Assembly (NCBI RefSeq): GCF_006345805.1 | Contig: NW_021833022.1 | Location: forward strand, 1-64,000 | Direction of reading: 5' to 3' | Source of the DNA: Octopus sinensis | Taxonomy: Eukaryota | Length of the DNA: 64,000 bases | Shown: positions 51,301-64,000 of the stretch, one piece after another | How the letters are laid out: the number at the start of each line of letters is the position of its first letter | Position numbering within the stretch: position 1 is the first letter of the stretch | Notes under the pieces: generated by a model | Told to the model about the DNA's origin: nothing | What the model saw: only the letters and a program-made list of their open reading frames with translations | Databases searched by the model: none | Position numbers and translations under genes: made by a program

Positions 51301-54300
51301 CATTACATTTAACATTCTTCTCTTTTGAAGAGAAACTTGCGAACTGAATTTAATAGTACAATATTAGTATAATGTTTACAAAGCTAACTTATTGTTGGTA
51401 TAGGTAACTTAGCTTGTTGCAATACAATTCCTACCATACTTTTTATTCATCTTCAACTATAAATTTTTATCTCTTAGAAGTAATGACCATCTCTAGCCTT
51501 AAAAATGACCATTTTTAATTGTTATTATCATGTTTATGTATCTCTTATCTGGTATCTGTCTCCTACTGATAACTCTATTTATGAATGCCACAACTGTTGA
51601 TGTATTTTCTTCTCCATCTTCAATGTTTCAAGTATCTTTTTCTAAGATACTTGACTCTTTCATAGTAATGATTTTATTTCATTGAGTCTTGATTTCTTTT
51701 CTAAAATGCTCCAAGTATATATTTCTTTTATACAGCAAAGCTTAATTTAATTTGCATGAAAAGTCCTTTATGCAATATTGTCAAAATGTTTTGAAAACTT
51801 GTGTGTCCAAATTTCTTTTCTAATTACTGTTTCCGTCCAATTTCCTATAGTATAAAAACGCTACAGCTCTGCTGGCTTGTGAATTATGTCCTCTATTTCT
51901 ATGTGTATTATTATATTATTTCTTACTATATCATTTCTTTAAAAAAATTTTTTATTAATAATTTTGAAATGATTATACTTCCTACTTTTATAACTTCTAC
52001 TTTGAAATCATACTGCCACCTGCTTCTATCTATTGTTCTCCTAAAACATTATTTAAAAATAACTGCAAAGTTATTTTTTCATTTGTCATTTATTTCAAAA
52101 ATTTTCATTGTGTGTTCTCTATTCATGGAGAATCTATTTGTATATTTTTCTTTCTTTTGTCATCTTTTTATCTCCTATTACAGAACTTCTTTTCTGCTAT
52201 TTGTGTTCTCTTTTTCAAGATAAATTGTTTTCCAATTTCTTTTTGCAAAGAGCAATTCTGAATTTTATCTTTAGGATATTTTAGTATTCCTCTCAACTGT
52301 GTACCTATTGGTTGGTTGAAATGGCTAGCACTTAAATATGTATCCTTCATATTCTGTGTGAAAAAGAAAATCTCTCATTATAAAGTGACTGCAAAAATTA
52401 AATGGAAACTTGGAGAGGACATTAATAGAAAATATTGCTGCAAATGTGACAAAAGTGAACCCAAAGACCCAGTCTTCAGTATGTTTGGGTGCTAATAGTA
52501 AAATTTATAACTGCAGAAATTTATAAAGCTTACGAAGCATAAGTGCTCTTGACTAGCTAGCAGTTGTTGAACTGAGAACTATATAATACCAGACTTTACA
52601 CACTCACAGCATACACACGTTTGTGGATGTGTTAATTTATGTGTCAAATAAACAGAAATTACATTCCTGTATCATGGTTTCATTCAATCAGCCCTTTAAT
52701 TTGCTGTACATATCAATAGATATAGACTGACTGTCAGCTATGTGAGAACTTTGAAATGTTGTATATTGTTGGAGTCTGTGGATATCTTTCAGGTGTCAGA
52801 GTGGTGCTCGTTGAAATTTGCAAGAAAGAATATGTCAGCATCAAAATAGCTAATATTTTTTGTTATTGAAAATTGCAGTAGGGGTGCGCATGATGTGAAA
52901 TTTCTCAGCAAGACAGATGCTGCAGTACTTTGAAAAAATTTTTTAAATGCCTATGCCATATGTAACACTACCAATCTCATGCTGATGGTTTTTGTTTTAT
53001 CTTAATGTCTAAATATACTTTAAAAGTGATATGAAGATTTCCAATAATGATAGAATGATGTTTTGCTGGTTCAGGCAACTTCGGTAAGCAATATAAAAAG
53101 GAGTCATTGCTATGGTACCAAATGCGTTTGTCTGGGTATTAAGAGGGTAACTCTCTTGTTTCAATAATTGCATATTGGTCCTTTTCTTTCTAAGCTTATT
53201 TGCAATGTCTTTGTATTGTGACTGTTAAAGGTGCCATATATATTTTGCATACAGCTGTAGATCACCTTATTTTATTTTTCTTGAAAAGCTGGCAGAATTT
53301 ATGACCACTTGGAAAATGCTTTCCGGTTAAAAAAAGATACGTTTTGAAAACAGGCATTGAGCAAAAGAATCCAATAGGCAATTACTGAAATATAGAGCAT
53401 TTTCCCACCCAAATGTTGGCATCTAATCTTTGAGTCCAGTTGTTGTATAAGTTCATGAAGGATTGTGCAGAGCAGGAAATCCAAATACTTTTTTAAAGAG
53501 CACGCGTACACACACAAACGCATGCGCACACATGCCCGCTTTCTTTTCTGGCATGTGCTGGAGGAAAGTGGGCATTCTGAAATCCCACCTTTCTAGATGA
53601 CAGAAGAGAATAAAAGTATGGTGATAGAAATAGTATAATTGGAGGTGGTGAGGAGGTAGAGGAAAAGAGAGACTAATGGATAGTAATAAAAATAGAAGAC
53701 AGTAAGAGCGAGTGATGGGTGTCAGTAATGGGTGATCTGAGTTGAGGGGATGATGACTGTCTTTATTCTTTTATATTCAGATTTCGTGATGAAGGAAAGC
53801 GGTAGGGACATTGCAGTCCCTCGTTACACTGGCGGTTTGTTATAATGGATGGGTGAGATTAACTGACTCTATGACTAAAAAATAGGCTGAGTGGAAAGAA
53901 TGAGATGAGAGAATTTCAGAAGGCTGGAGAAGCAGCAGATATAAATTTAACAATGACATTTGGTGGAAGACCAAAATGTAGATATATTATACTTCCATCA
54001 ATACCACTATTTTAATGTTTGTTTTGCTTTGATTTAAAGTAACTTGCATATTGCTAATCCTCGTGCTCAGATCTTTCCTCTCTCCACTGTGAAACTCAGT
54101 GTTCTGAAATCAGCTGTCACCACTTCACTCCATGTCTTCCTAAGTTACACCTACTTTGATCAACCTGCACTATTTTATGCAAATGACATTCTCCATATGT
54201 ATCACATGCCCCTAACAGCGCAGTCTTTTTACTTTGCACACAACACCTGAGCACCTGAGTCCTTGTGTATCAAGTTTTTCTCTCATTTGCGTTGCGCCGT

Positions 54301-54595
54301 TCATGCTCACTAACATTGCACACCCAGTAGTGTATGCTCACTTCATTTCTTACAAGTGTTCACAAATCCTTTGCAATCAAGGCCTATGTCACACTGTCAT
54401 TCAGCATCGTACACAGGTATCATACAATCTGCTCACAACTCAGGAAAATACTTTGTTGCTAGCAGAGGTAATTGTTCAAAAAAATTTTCCAGCTGATTAC
54501 TATACGTATAGAGCATCCATATTCACTACTTATTAGATTAGTTAATGAACAAAATCTATGAACGAATCTAGGCACGATGATTTGTTTATTCTTAA

Positions 54596-55288
54596 CTAGC
54601 TGCCATACCTGGTAATTCCCGGGAAAGCGAGGCTTAACCCTTGGTTCTGTTTTCATAATTATGTCGCTAATCCAATAACATCAATACAAAGTATGTAGCC
54701 CTTAAAACGGTTTTTGCGCATTTACAGAAAATACCGAACTGTCTTACTCAGGATCTTGTTTTTAGGAATTGCCAATAAGTTGTGAATACCCAAATTGTGA
54801 TGTCAGTTATGTAATAACAGGAAATTAGTTACCCGATAGTGAGAATTCAAATAAAGTAGCCCCGAAAAGGGCTTTAATGCATTCCCAGTGTATATAGCAC
54901 TTAGGAAGAAATACTAATTAGGTATGTATACTAAAATCGTGAAGTATGTTACGTAATAACAGGCTAATCAGATATGAGATAATAATAAGGGCTTTTGTGC
55001 GTTCCCAGCGCTTGTGTTGGTATATTCGTGAATAAGTCTCTAACTGAAATACATGGATCTATTGTTTAGGAAAATGAATGGGTTATTTCCCTTGGTTGTT
55101 AAAATGAAATATATTAGATTATATAAGGATCCCTTCCAGGGACCTTATCGATTTTTTCAATGAGGTTTCCAGACATAAGTTCTATTCACGTGTCAGGTTT
55201 CATCAAAATCGATGAAACGATGTAGGAAGAGTTAGCTAACAACTCCACAAACACACCCACAGACAGAATTTCCCACATATGTAGAAGA
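54596..55288 (-). mobile_element. Non-autonomous Helitron (693 bp)
   Basis: Minus strand begins A|TC at 55288 and ends CTAG|T at 54596; GC hairpin 54608-54623 lies 8 nt from CTAG; no TSD. Confidence 0.75.
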
Positions 55289-55290
55289 TA

Positions 55291-55645
55291 CGTTTGGGCA
55301 GGTTTAAATGCAAAACATGTTAGTCGCTATTTTGTACGTCGTAAGAGTATGACTTCTCTCTTTTATGACGACAGTATGTTCAACACAGTTGGCTCAACGG
55401 CACACAAGATTCTGGAACACTGGTATTTCAGCATGAGTTTCGTCAGCAAGCAGTACCCGGAATATTTACCTAAGTTACATCAACTTTAGCTGATGCAACA
55501 CAACATGTCGAAACGGTGTCTCAGAATCTTGTGCACTAGTGAACCGAATGTGGCGAACACACTGTCATCGTAAAAGAGAGAATTTATTCTCCTATGACAT
55601 ACACTACAGCGACAAGCATATTTTGCACCTGAACCTACCTAAATG
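55291..55645. mobile_element. TA-flanked MITE with about 145-bp TIRs (Tc1/mariner-type)
   Basis: TA at 55289 and 55646; arms about 55291-55437 and 55504-55645, roughly 75% complementary. Confidence 0.8.
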
Positions 55646-57087
55646 TATTTAGAATAAATATGTTAATGATCGTTCTCGTTCTCGATGTATATGGTGCAAA
55701 AAACGATTTTTTACTCCCAGGAAATTAGAAGGGTATTTGAGGGAATCTATTTCCGAAAAACTCTTACTGTTTTACTGTTCCTGCGCACCTTGCTGTATAC
55801 GAAGCTTTCTATGTTAGCCTATGATTCCAATACATCTCTTGCACGTCCATTGTTATACTGGAAACACTGTATAGAATTTTTGCCTATTTTTTTCTTTTAT
55901 ATCGATCATATCCATTTTCCTGACGATAGAAGGGTTTCACTTTTTCCTCTACTTACTAAAACTTCCATAATTTTATTACAAGTCCTTTTGATTTTAAGTT
56001 TTGTTCCACCTCTGGAATTTCTCTAACTCTACTACATGTTCAGTTATAAGAACTAGGTCAACAACATATTGGAATTCTTATGGATAGCCTGTCTTAAAAT
56101 CCTCTGTAAGGATAAATAGAAACGGGGTTGAGAGCTGCACAATAAATTCGTTGTCGTATGCATTTGTAGTGCTCACTTGGCAGACTGCACCTTTCTACAT
56201 AGCTTACATGCTTGTCACTAGCCATTAATCTATTCTTAGTTGCCTTCATGATTGTGAGATTCAGTCAAAGGTCTTCTCTAGGTTTACAATTGCTAGGTAT
56301 AGCGGCATACTCTTAGCTAAGTATTTCTGCAGTGGACTCCCGGTGAAAACCCGAAGTGCATCTCATCTAAGCTAATTCTCTTCACATCCAATTGTGCCAT
56401 GACTCTTTTAGTTACTGTCATAACCTGGCCCATCAACTTGATGCTCTGTAATTTTCTCTCTCTGCTATATCACCTTTGACCTTGTAGCAGCTGACGATGA
56501 TAATGTTATGCTAGAGATGGGTACGGTACCTTACTCTGCTACCTGATTAACTATGTACATGAATTGTGCGTGCTCTACCCCCTTAGATATTTTAATAATC
56601 TCACAGACTATTCTTGATGGACTGGTTGCCTTGCTTTCATGCTCTTAATCTCTCTATCAGTCGTAATGTTGTCAACTTGTACAGTTGATCCTCTGGTCTA
56701 TATAAAGTAACTCTTCTCATTCTCATACATTTTCCTCACTCGACAGCCCACTTTCATACCACTCTCCTATCATCATTCATAACGGCAAATGAATCGCTAT
56801 CATTCCGTATGTACTTCTCCTCAATGAGGTCCTGATTTTCTATAGCATAGTCTTGTAATTCGAAACCTTTCAATCCCTTTGATTCTCAGGTTGCATAATA
56901 TTAGCAAACTCATTCTCTTCTATTTTAGCTGAATGCGAAGCATTAGGTATACTCAGCGACACGAATTCAATGAATGTGTAATTAAGATTGCCGAATAACT
57001 GGATGCTCATTTGTTGTTCCGGCCTGGATGAGTCCCTCATATATGTGTATATATGTGCGCGTGTGTGTGCATGCATCTATGTGTGTG

Positions 57088-57153
<66 letters not shown>

Positions 57154-57267
57154 GCCTGTGTGTGTGTGATGTGTGTTTAATAAGTTTGACACGTGCATAT
57201 CATCAGATGTTCGGAGTCAGAGTGGAGATAATCTAAAAGAAACTTAAAATGGGTATAGGTGAGAGTA

Positions 57268-57544
57268 TTTAGTCCATTGGTCAGTACAGATCAAATGGTT
57301 GTTTTAACAACATCGATTCTTTTATCGGATTCCCCTCGTGGTAGATCCACACTCTACAGAATGCAGACTAACAGACGCCAGCATACTCTATGCTCTTTAA
57401 CATGAAGCATCCAATGTAAGATCTGAAGCCGCCGAAACTTCGTACCCTAGAGAATACTGACAACGGCATCTTATCTGCTCTTCCATGTGAGGAATTCAGT
57501 AAGTCAATATTGTTAAAACAACCGTTTCACCTGAACTGACTAAA
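57268..57544. mobile_element. TA-flanked MITE
   Basis: TTTAGTC..GGTTGTTTTAACAA / TTGTTAAAACAACC..GACTAAA inverted ends, TA flanks. Confidence 0.7.
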
Positions 57545-57599
57545 TATTTTCGCTTAGACCCATTGAATTTTTTTTTAAGTCTCAGCAGTTAAGAACCAA

Positions 57600-58300
57600 T
57601 TTGAAGGAGAGCAGTTTGGAGATTGCTCTCATTTGCTGGAAGAATGCAAAGATTCTTTTTTCTCCGATCTGATGACAAAGGATGAAACACGTCTATATCT
57701 TTGTAATCCAGAAACGGATCATGGAAGTACGTTTCTCTTCTCCAAGACCTAAGAAGTTCAAGAGCAAGCAATCGGCATAGTGAATCATAGTGACTGAATA
57801 TTGACATGACAACGGCATCCTTCTCCAGGATTTTCTGGAATTTGGCTGCGTCGTGAGTAGTAAGCTTAGAAGATTCCAGAGCTGAAAACAACTCACATTC
57901 ATCATGGCAGTGCGCGACCACACACATCTTTGGTAACAAATCAGGCAATCATCAAACTGGGTTGGTCCTCCATCCACAATACAGCCCGAATCTCGTACGT
58001 TCCGACTTCCACCTGTTCGGTCCAATGAAGGGCAGTCTTCGGGGAATAGCGATTTGATGATACAGACGAGGTCAAAGTGACTGCAAAGGAATTGGTACAA
58101 CTTAATTTTTTTGTCAAAGAGAATTCAAGAGTTGGGTTCAACGCTGGTTTCCATCACAAACAAATGCATTGTTTGAGACAGTAACTAATGTTGAGTAGCA
58201 TGTTCGTATAGAAGAAGAGTTACTCTCCCAATATGTGTAATTTGAAGGAGTCAGTTAATAAGACGGTTATGCTCACTTTTGCATTATTTTCCGTATGAAC
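57600..58300 (+). mobile_element. Degenerate mariner (DD34D) transposase relic
   Basis: MTKDET (TGDETW), SPRPKKFK..SA, GILLQDFLE, HGSARPHTS, YSPNLVRSDFHLFGPMK; many stops and shifts. Confidence 0.85.
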
Positions 58301-59759
58301 TTTACACACACACACAAATGCAATGGGCTTCTTTCAGTTGCTATCTACTAAATCCACTCACGAGGCTATAGGTGCTCAAGGTACCATGCAGTGGGACTGA
58401 ACCTGGAACCATGTGGTTAGGAAGAAAACTTCATGCGCCTACACAGATACACACACACGTTTACTTCATTTTGTGAATTTATCTCAGCAGAGAAATGTGC
58501 TTCTACTCGCTCCCTCACTTTTTGTCAATCTCGTGAGGTTAGTGCTTTGTGTGTCTAGCGAGTCACTTTTGACTCTCATTTCTAGCAATGCTGGTTCTAT
58601 GTTTGTACCTTTGTTTATTAATTTGCCTTTAGGCTTAAATTGCTAATGGGTCACCTATATTATAATATATTCCATCCACCATAGCCAAATTTAAATTAAC
58701 ACTGCAACAGAACTTTTCCCACGGTGGAACAATGGTTTTTCTCTGGTAGCAGTTTTACATTTTCCAGATGCCTTTAGCTTGGCCGAAATGTCTGCAACAC
58801 TTGACCCTTTCTAACCTCTTCTACTTCACTAAAAGCTAGAATAGAGATAACAAGACCACCAACTAAATCTATTGTTTTCAATGATATCTATCCTGGATAG
58901 TTATAAAAGCAAGAAGACCCCAAGCCAAAAACAGTCGATGACGACTCAACGAGTCCAGTCACATGGTGAAGACTCAACCAGTTAGTCACTTTGGTGACAA
59001 CGAAGTCTGGCTGACCAGCTAGAACCTTGGTCAGAGGGAGAAATTAAGTTTACTGTCAGCAACTGTGAGACAAGACCCTACAACTCTCACTTGCTCTAAT
59101 TCTGTTCTCTTACAACGTCATTCTATCGCTATCTGCGGATTACTGCTAACAATTCGTATACTCCAAACTATGCAAAGAAACATTCTACCGCATCTAACTT
59201 TCTTTCGTATGCTCTCGGATGTTATAACCTGCCGGTCAAGGCAAGGTATTGTAACGTGACGGTAAATAAATATTCCCTTAAAACTTTGTGTACCGCAACA
59301 ATCTTACCCTTTACAACTGGTAACTACACTAATAAAAACCTAACCGTAACAATTGGTGACCCTCGACTTCAACTAAAAACTTCATCGTTACATATGCTTT
59401 ACGGGTCAATTTGTATACGAGTGTAGATCAGAGAGAGGTCAAAGTGGCGGAGTTAGTGTAGGTGTTAGCGTTGATATTACTTTTGTTAATATAAAATATC
59501 TATTGGAGCACATCCATAAATTTCTGAGAAACGTACATGCATACGCACGCGCGACGTGTATGGTTTGGGTCATAAGACTGAATTTCAGAAGATCCAAGTG
59601 TTGTATGACAGGAAAATACGAAAAATCTGAATATTGAACGTTTGAAAGACCGAAAAATTGCAATATCTTTCAATATACAAACCTACCGGATGATTGAAAG
59701 GTCGAATATAAAAATGTCAAAGCTCCAAATTTTGATACATTTCTTTATGCTCAGCAACT

Positions 59760-60800
59760 TCTGCTGACTGGTTTCAAGAAGACAGATCTATGTCCCAGTT
59801 TGCAGATAGTCATCAATCATAAGATCGATGACACAACACTAGAAAGCTGGGATCTTTACCTTTTGACCTACACTACAGATTTAAAAAAATAATTTTTTGT
59901 AACTAAACACTTTCAAACTTCGGACACTGATAGAATGTGTCATATAAAACATCTTTTACTCTTAGCATTTTTAAGAAAAACTTATATTTACGAAGTTATT
60001 TCACGTTAAAGTTGTCCTATTTCGGTAATTTCAACCAATCAATGACGTGTATTCAGCTGAATAAAATTATTGCTGTTGTTTGTCAACAAGAACTTCTGGC
60101 GGTGTATATTTCGTTTGTCACTGTTATTTATGACAACCCTAACCCTAAAACCTTAAAACCAGTACAAACGCACGGACAATGTCATAAATAACAGTGACAA
60201 ACGAAAAATACACTACCGATAGTTGTTGTTGACAAACAACGGCAGTAATTTTATTTAGCTGAATACACGTCATTGATTGGTTGAAATGACCGAAATAGGA
60301 CAACTTTAACGTGAAATAACTTCGTAAATATGTTTTCCTCAAAAATGCTAATAGTAAAAGATGTTTTATACGACACATTATACCAGTGTCCGAAGTTTGA
60401 AAGTGTTTAGTTACAAAAAATTATTTTTTAAATCTGTGGATCAAAAGGTAAAGATCCGAAAGCTGTTGAGAAGTTCAATTACTCACTAGATACTGAAATC
60501 TCAACCAAACAGGGGAAGGTAATTTCTGACTTCCGCCATTTTACAAAGAGAGTATGGAGGAACAAACATTCCACGATGCAAACAAATATAAGAGTATTTA
60601 AGGCCACTGTACGTAGTGTTCTGTTAAACGGTGCAGAACATCAATCTATCGCCATCAAGAGAATCGACAATACATTTCACACCAGATTCCTTTGATCATT
60701 TCTAGATATATTGTTGAAAGACAAGGTAGCAATTACCAGAGTCCAGTATCTCTCGAAATTCAAGTTTGACAGGTTGCAAGTATGCTCCAGAGCCGCACAC
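59760..60800 (+). mobile_element. RTE-BovB-like LINE 3' RT fragment split by a MITE
   Basis: TTL/KAVEKFNY..DTEISTKQGK..KRVWRNKH..IRVFKATVRSVLLNGAE. Confidence 0.7.
59850..60457. mobile_element. Palindromic MITE, GGATCTTT termini, 8-bp TSD GAAAGCTG
   Basis: About 285-bp arms, roughly 90% complementary; spacer contains AACCCTAACCCT; TSD at 59842-59849 and 60458-60465. Confidence 0.92.
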
Positions 60801-61814
60801 CTTATTCTATCTTGCATGTTGTTCTCAGGGGGCATAATAGGAAACCAAAGCTCCAGTTTACAGACATTCTAAAGAGAGATGACAGATTTTGCTATGTAAT
60901 TCGTCACTTCGACGTAAGCAGTTAAATTACTTGTGAATCCAGAACTCTTCTCTCATAAATAAAGAAAAACAACATTGAAACTGAAGCGATGATGCAAATG
61001 AGTTAGAAGGGGTCGCCAATTTTCAGATTTTTAATGTTCAAAACCCTACGTTTTCCAGATTTAGCTAAAACTGGAACCATTAAATATGCATGCACTACAC
61101 AGAACTCGTAATTTACCTGTTAAAAAAAAACAACTTACAGATAGAATTCATTTGAGGCGACGTGCTCAGGGCATACACGCACGTACCTGAATGCAGGCGT
61201 TTCACTGCGGCTTTATGGGCGCAACGAGCCTAAGCAGAATTGAGAATTGGAGGTGTAACATCCCAGAATATACTCCTCCCCAGACTATACAGGTAGCCAG
61301 TCTGAGCTAGCCTAGGCTATAGTTCTCCAGACAACCAGGCCAGAATAAATCAAATGCAAAAAACTTTAAAATGTATCAATATAAACCCATCACGAATGCG
61401 TGGCCATTTGTGCGAGTCTAGGCTACAATTCATAGTCCATGTGCACTGCGCAGCATACGTGAGTCGTCAGTCTTTTCTTTTTCCAATCTACCTATACATT
61501 GGGTTTATATTGGTACTTTAAATATTTGCATTTGATAATTCTAAATTGCTATGTTTAAATCGAAATTTACATGTAACTTTTAATTATTCAACGATTGAAA
61601 TAAAATTTTATATATGCTCTTAGGCAAGATCCGCACCCTTTGTGAAAAATAGGAAAAATGTGTAACACGTGTAAGGCATCGTATATTAAAGGGTGTGGAT
61701 CTAGATATTAACCGAGTTTGCTGATATTACTGCATTCATTTTTTTTGTAACTTTCAAAAAAAAAAAGAAATATGGAAATGAACATCTTAATTTCACAATT
61801 CAAGCCAAATCAAT

Positions 61815-62045
61815 TTCAGCACATCGGAGGGGCGAGATGGCTTACATTAAGATACGAGTGGCTCTGGAAAGGGCTGGGATTTGTCGCTACTCACGACCAC
61901 GAAGTTCCTCCGAATCCGTATTTTGCTGTTATTTCTAGCATAAATGTTGTCTTGGTGCGAAACGGAGGTAGCACCTACCCGTAACCAACATCTTTTAAAG
62001 CATTTCGCCCGACGTGCTTGATTCTGTCTCATCACCGTCTTTCAT
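61815..62045 (-). pseudogene. H4: Deletion-eroded tandem histone H4 pseudogene
   Basis: 61815-61920 is a roughly 85% copy of the H4 3' end and 3' flank (62160-62286), including YGFGG codons and a broken stem-loop at 61860-61875; patchy H4 similarity continues to about 62045. Confidence 0.75.
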
Positions 62046-62204
62046 TAATATCCGATACTGCGATCTAATTAAGACACGCCATACGTAAAGAGCTGAGAGG
62101 CTCACTGAAAGAGATAAAAAATCCCTTTGAAAAGGAAGCTGAAATTCAAACATTTTGGTTTAAGCATATCGGAGAGGCGAGATGGCTTACATTAAGACAT
62201 GAGT

Positions 62205-62220
62205 GGCCCTGAAAAGGGCC
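62205..62220 (-). terminator. Histone 3' stem-loop of H4
   Basis: Minus strand reads GGCCCTTTTCAGGGCC, 48 nt after the stop. Confidence 0.97.
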
Positions 62221-62268
62221 GGGATTTGTCGTTGTTCACGATCACAAAGTCACAAAAACTTCACCAGT

Positions 62269-63277
<1,009 letters not shown>

Positions 63278-63311
63278 GTTGAAAATGATGAAGTTAATAC
63301 TTTTCCCCAAC

Positions 63312-63327
63312 GGCCCTTTTCAGGGCC
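63312..63327 (+). terminator. Histone 3' stem-loop of H3
   Basis: CCCAAC-GGCCCTTTTCAGGGCC, 34 nt after the stop. Confidence 0.97.
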
Positions 63328-63445
63328 TCTAAATTTTTTCGTAAAGTTCTGCTAACCCTTAAGATGGTGGTATGTTTTCGTGTTCTCGTATCGTGAATTG
63401 TTTATTCGAAATGTCATTGATACTTTGTTCTGCATTAGATATTTT

Positions 63446-63805
63446 GGATCTTTTCGGTTTGAACGGTAGTTTTTAACATAATTTCTAGGTAACTAAAAAA
63501 TTTTAAACTTCGTATACTGGTAGAATGTGTTTATAAAACATTTTTCTCTTGGCTTTATTGAGAAGATTCCTTAGTTTGTAAAATTTTTTTTTCTGCAATT
63601 TCAACCAATCACTGGCGTCTATTGAGGTAAAAATTCGTTCGTTTAAGAAACAGATTGGGTTTATTTACATTTCTGAAGAAAAAGATACCCTTTCCCCTAA
63701 CCCTAAATCAGATTGAAATGCAATAGATCGATACTAGGGTCATAATTATGGGTGACAATTTCATGACACCGCTAGAAAAAACTACCGTTCGAACCGAAAA
63801 GATCC
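63446..63805. mobile_element. Related MITE, GGATCTTT termini, 8-bp TSD GATATTT(T/G)
   Basis: About 30-bp TIR GGATCTTTTCGGTT(T/C)GAACGGTAGTTTTT; internal blocks shared with 59850-60457; CCCTAACCCTAA inside. Confidence 0.88.
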
Positions 63806-64000
63806 GATATTTGATTATTTTTTTCGTGGCTAATGTTCGTCCCTCGTGAATTTACTTCTGTTGTGACTAGCGAAGCTTTAAACTAATTCCAATTTATTTT
63901 GCACTACGTACTTTAACTATGAGAAGCCTTTTCGTTTAGAAAAAAAATGTAAATATTTTCAAACGAAAAGGTGTGTGAGTTAAGGGCAATTTAGCTATTG

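Larger units (their letters stand above)
54050..56860 (-). mobile_element. Old degenerate RTE LINE interrupted by a MITE and a Helitron
   Basis: Colinear similarity to the RTE at 1937-3679 over 55660-56860 and 54050-54500 (EQLPLLATK, RKTWSEVVTAD). Confidence 0.75.

Noticed and set aside
53040-53090. DRMMFCWFRQLR resembling a Tigger/pogo CENP-B helix
   Set aside because: Too short, bounded by stops, no TIRs found
53786-53866. GTGATGA...CTGA spacing like a C/D snoRNA (similar at about 47159-47243)
   Set aside because: No terminal stem, no convincing C'/D' boxes, no recognisable rRNA guide, and not clearly intronic
59250-59320. TGTAAC...TTACA followed by TGG, like an LTR end plus primer-binding site
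   Set aside because: Only 66 bp, no second LTR, no gag/pol, and the PBS matches no tRNA end I recognise
60138-60160. AACCCTAACCCT telomere-like motif (also about 63697)
   Set aside because: Only two units, inside MITE spacers; not an interstitial telomere array
61627-61702. 14-bp inverted repeat AGATCC(G/A)CACCCTT around a 48-bp spacer
   Set aside because: No TSD or second copy seen; cannot be told apart from a tiny TE remnant

Overview
AT-rich, repeat-dense eukaryotic DNA. The SINE, MITE, RTE and microsatellite landscape looks like a coleoid cephalopod, probably Octopus (inference from repeat style, not a database match). Two protein-coding loci are supported. (1) An 11-exon, + strand, 5'-incomplete gene for a six-transmembrane-type glycerophosphodiester phosphodiesterase (GDPD5/GDE2-GDE3 family) runs 10134-41681. 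All introns are GT-AG, the phases are consistent and the catalytic HRG/ExD/HD motifs are intact, but the exon at 14400-14559 has a +1 frameshift at a T5 run. (2) A divergent replication-dependent histone pair, H4 (62269-62580, -) and H3 (62867-63277, +), has canonical stem-loops and a 286-bp bidirectional promoter with three E2F-type motifs. Beside it lie a deletion-eroded H4 pseudogene and a possible H2A relic, and two related GGATC-ended MITEs with 8-bp TSDs bracket the locus. The rest is transposon debris: RTE LINEs and tail-sharing SINEs, R4/Dong-like fragments, a piggyBac 5' fragment with TTAA MITEs sharing its TIR, a mariner relic, a non-autonomous Helitron and several long foldback palindromes. 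I found no clear-cut new biological system. The best leads are the GDPD frameshift, the 56-bp hairpin at 43231-43350, the eroding histone locus and the piggyBac parent/MITE pair. Exon, histone and TIR/TSD coordinates were read base by base; SINE and LINE boundaries are approximate.
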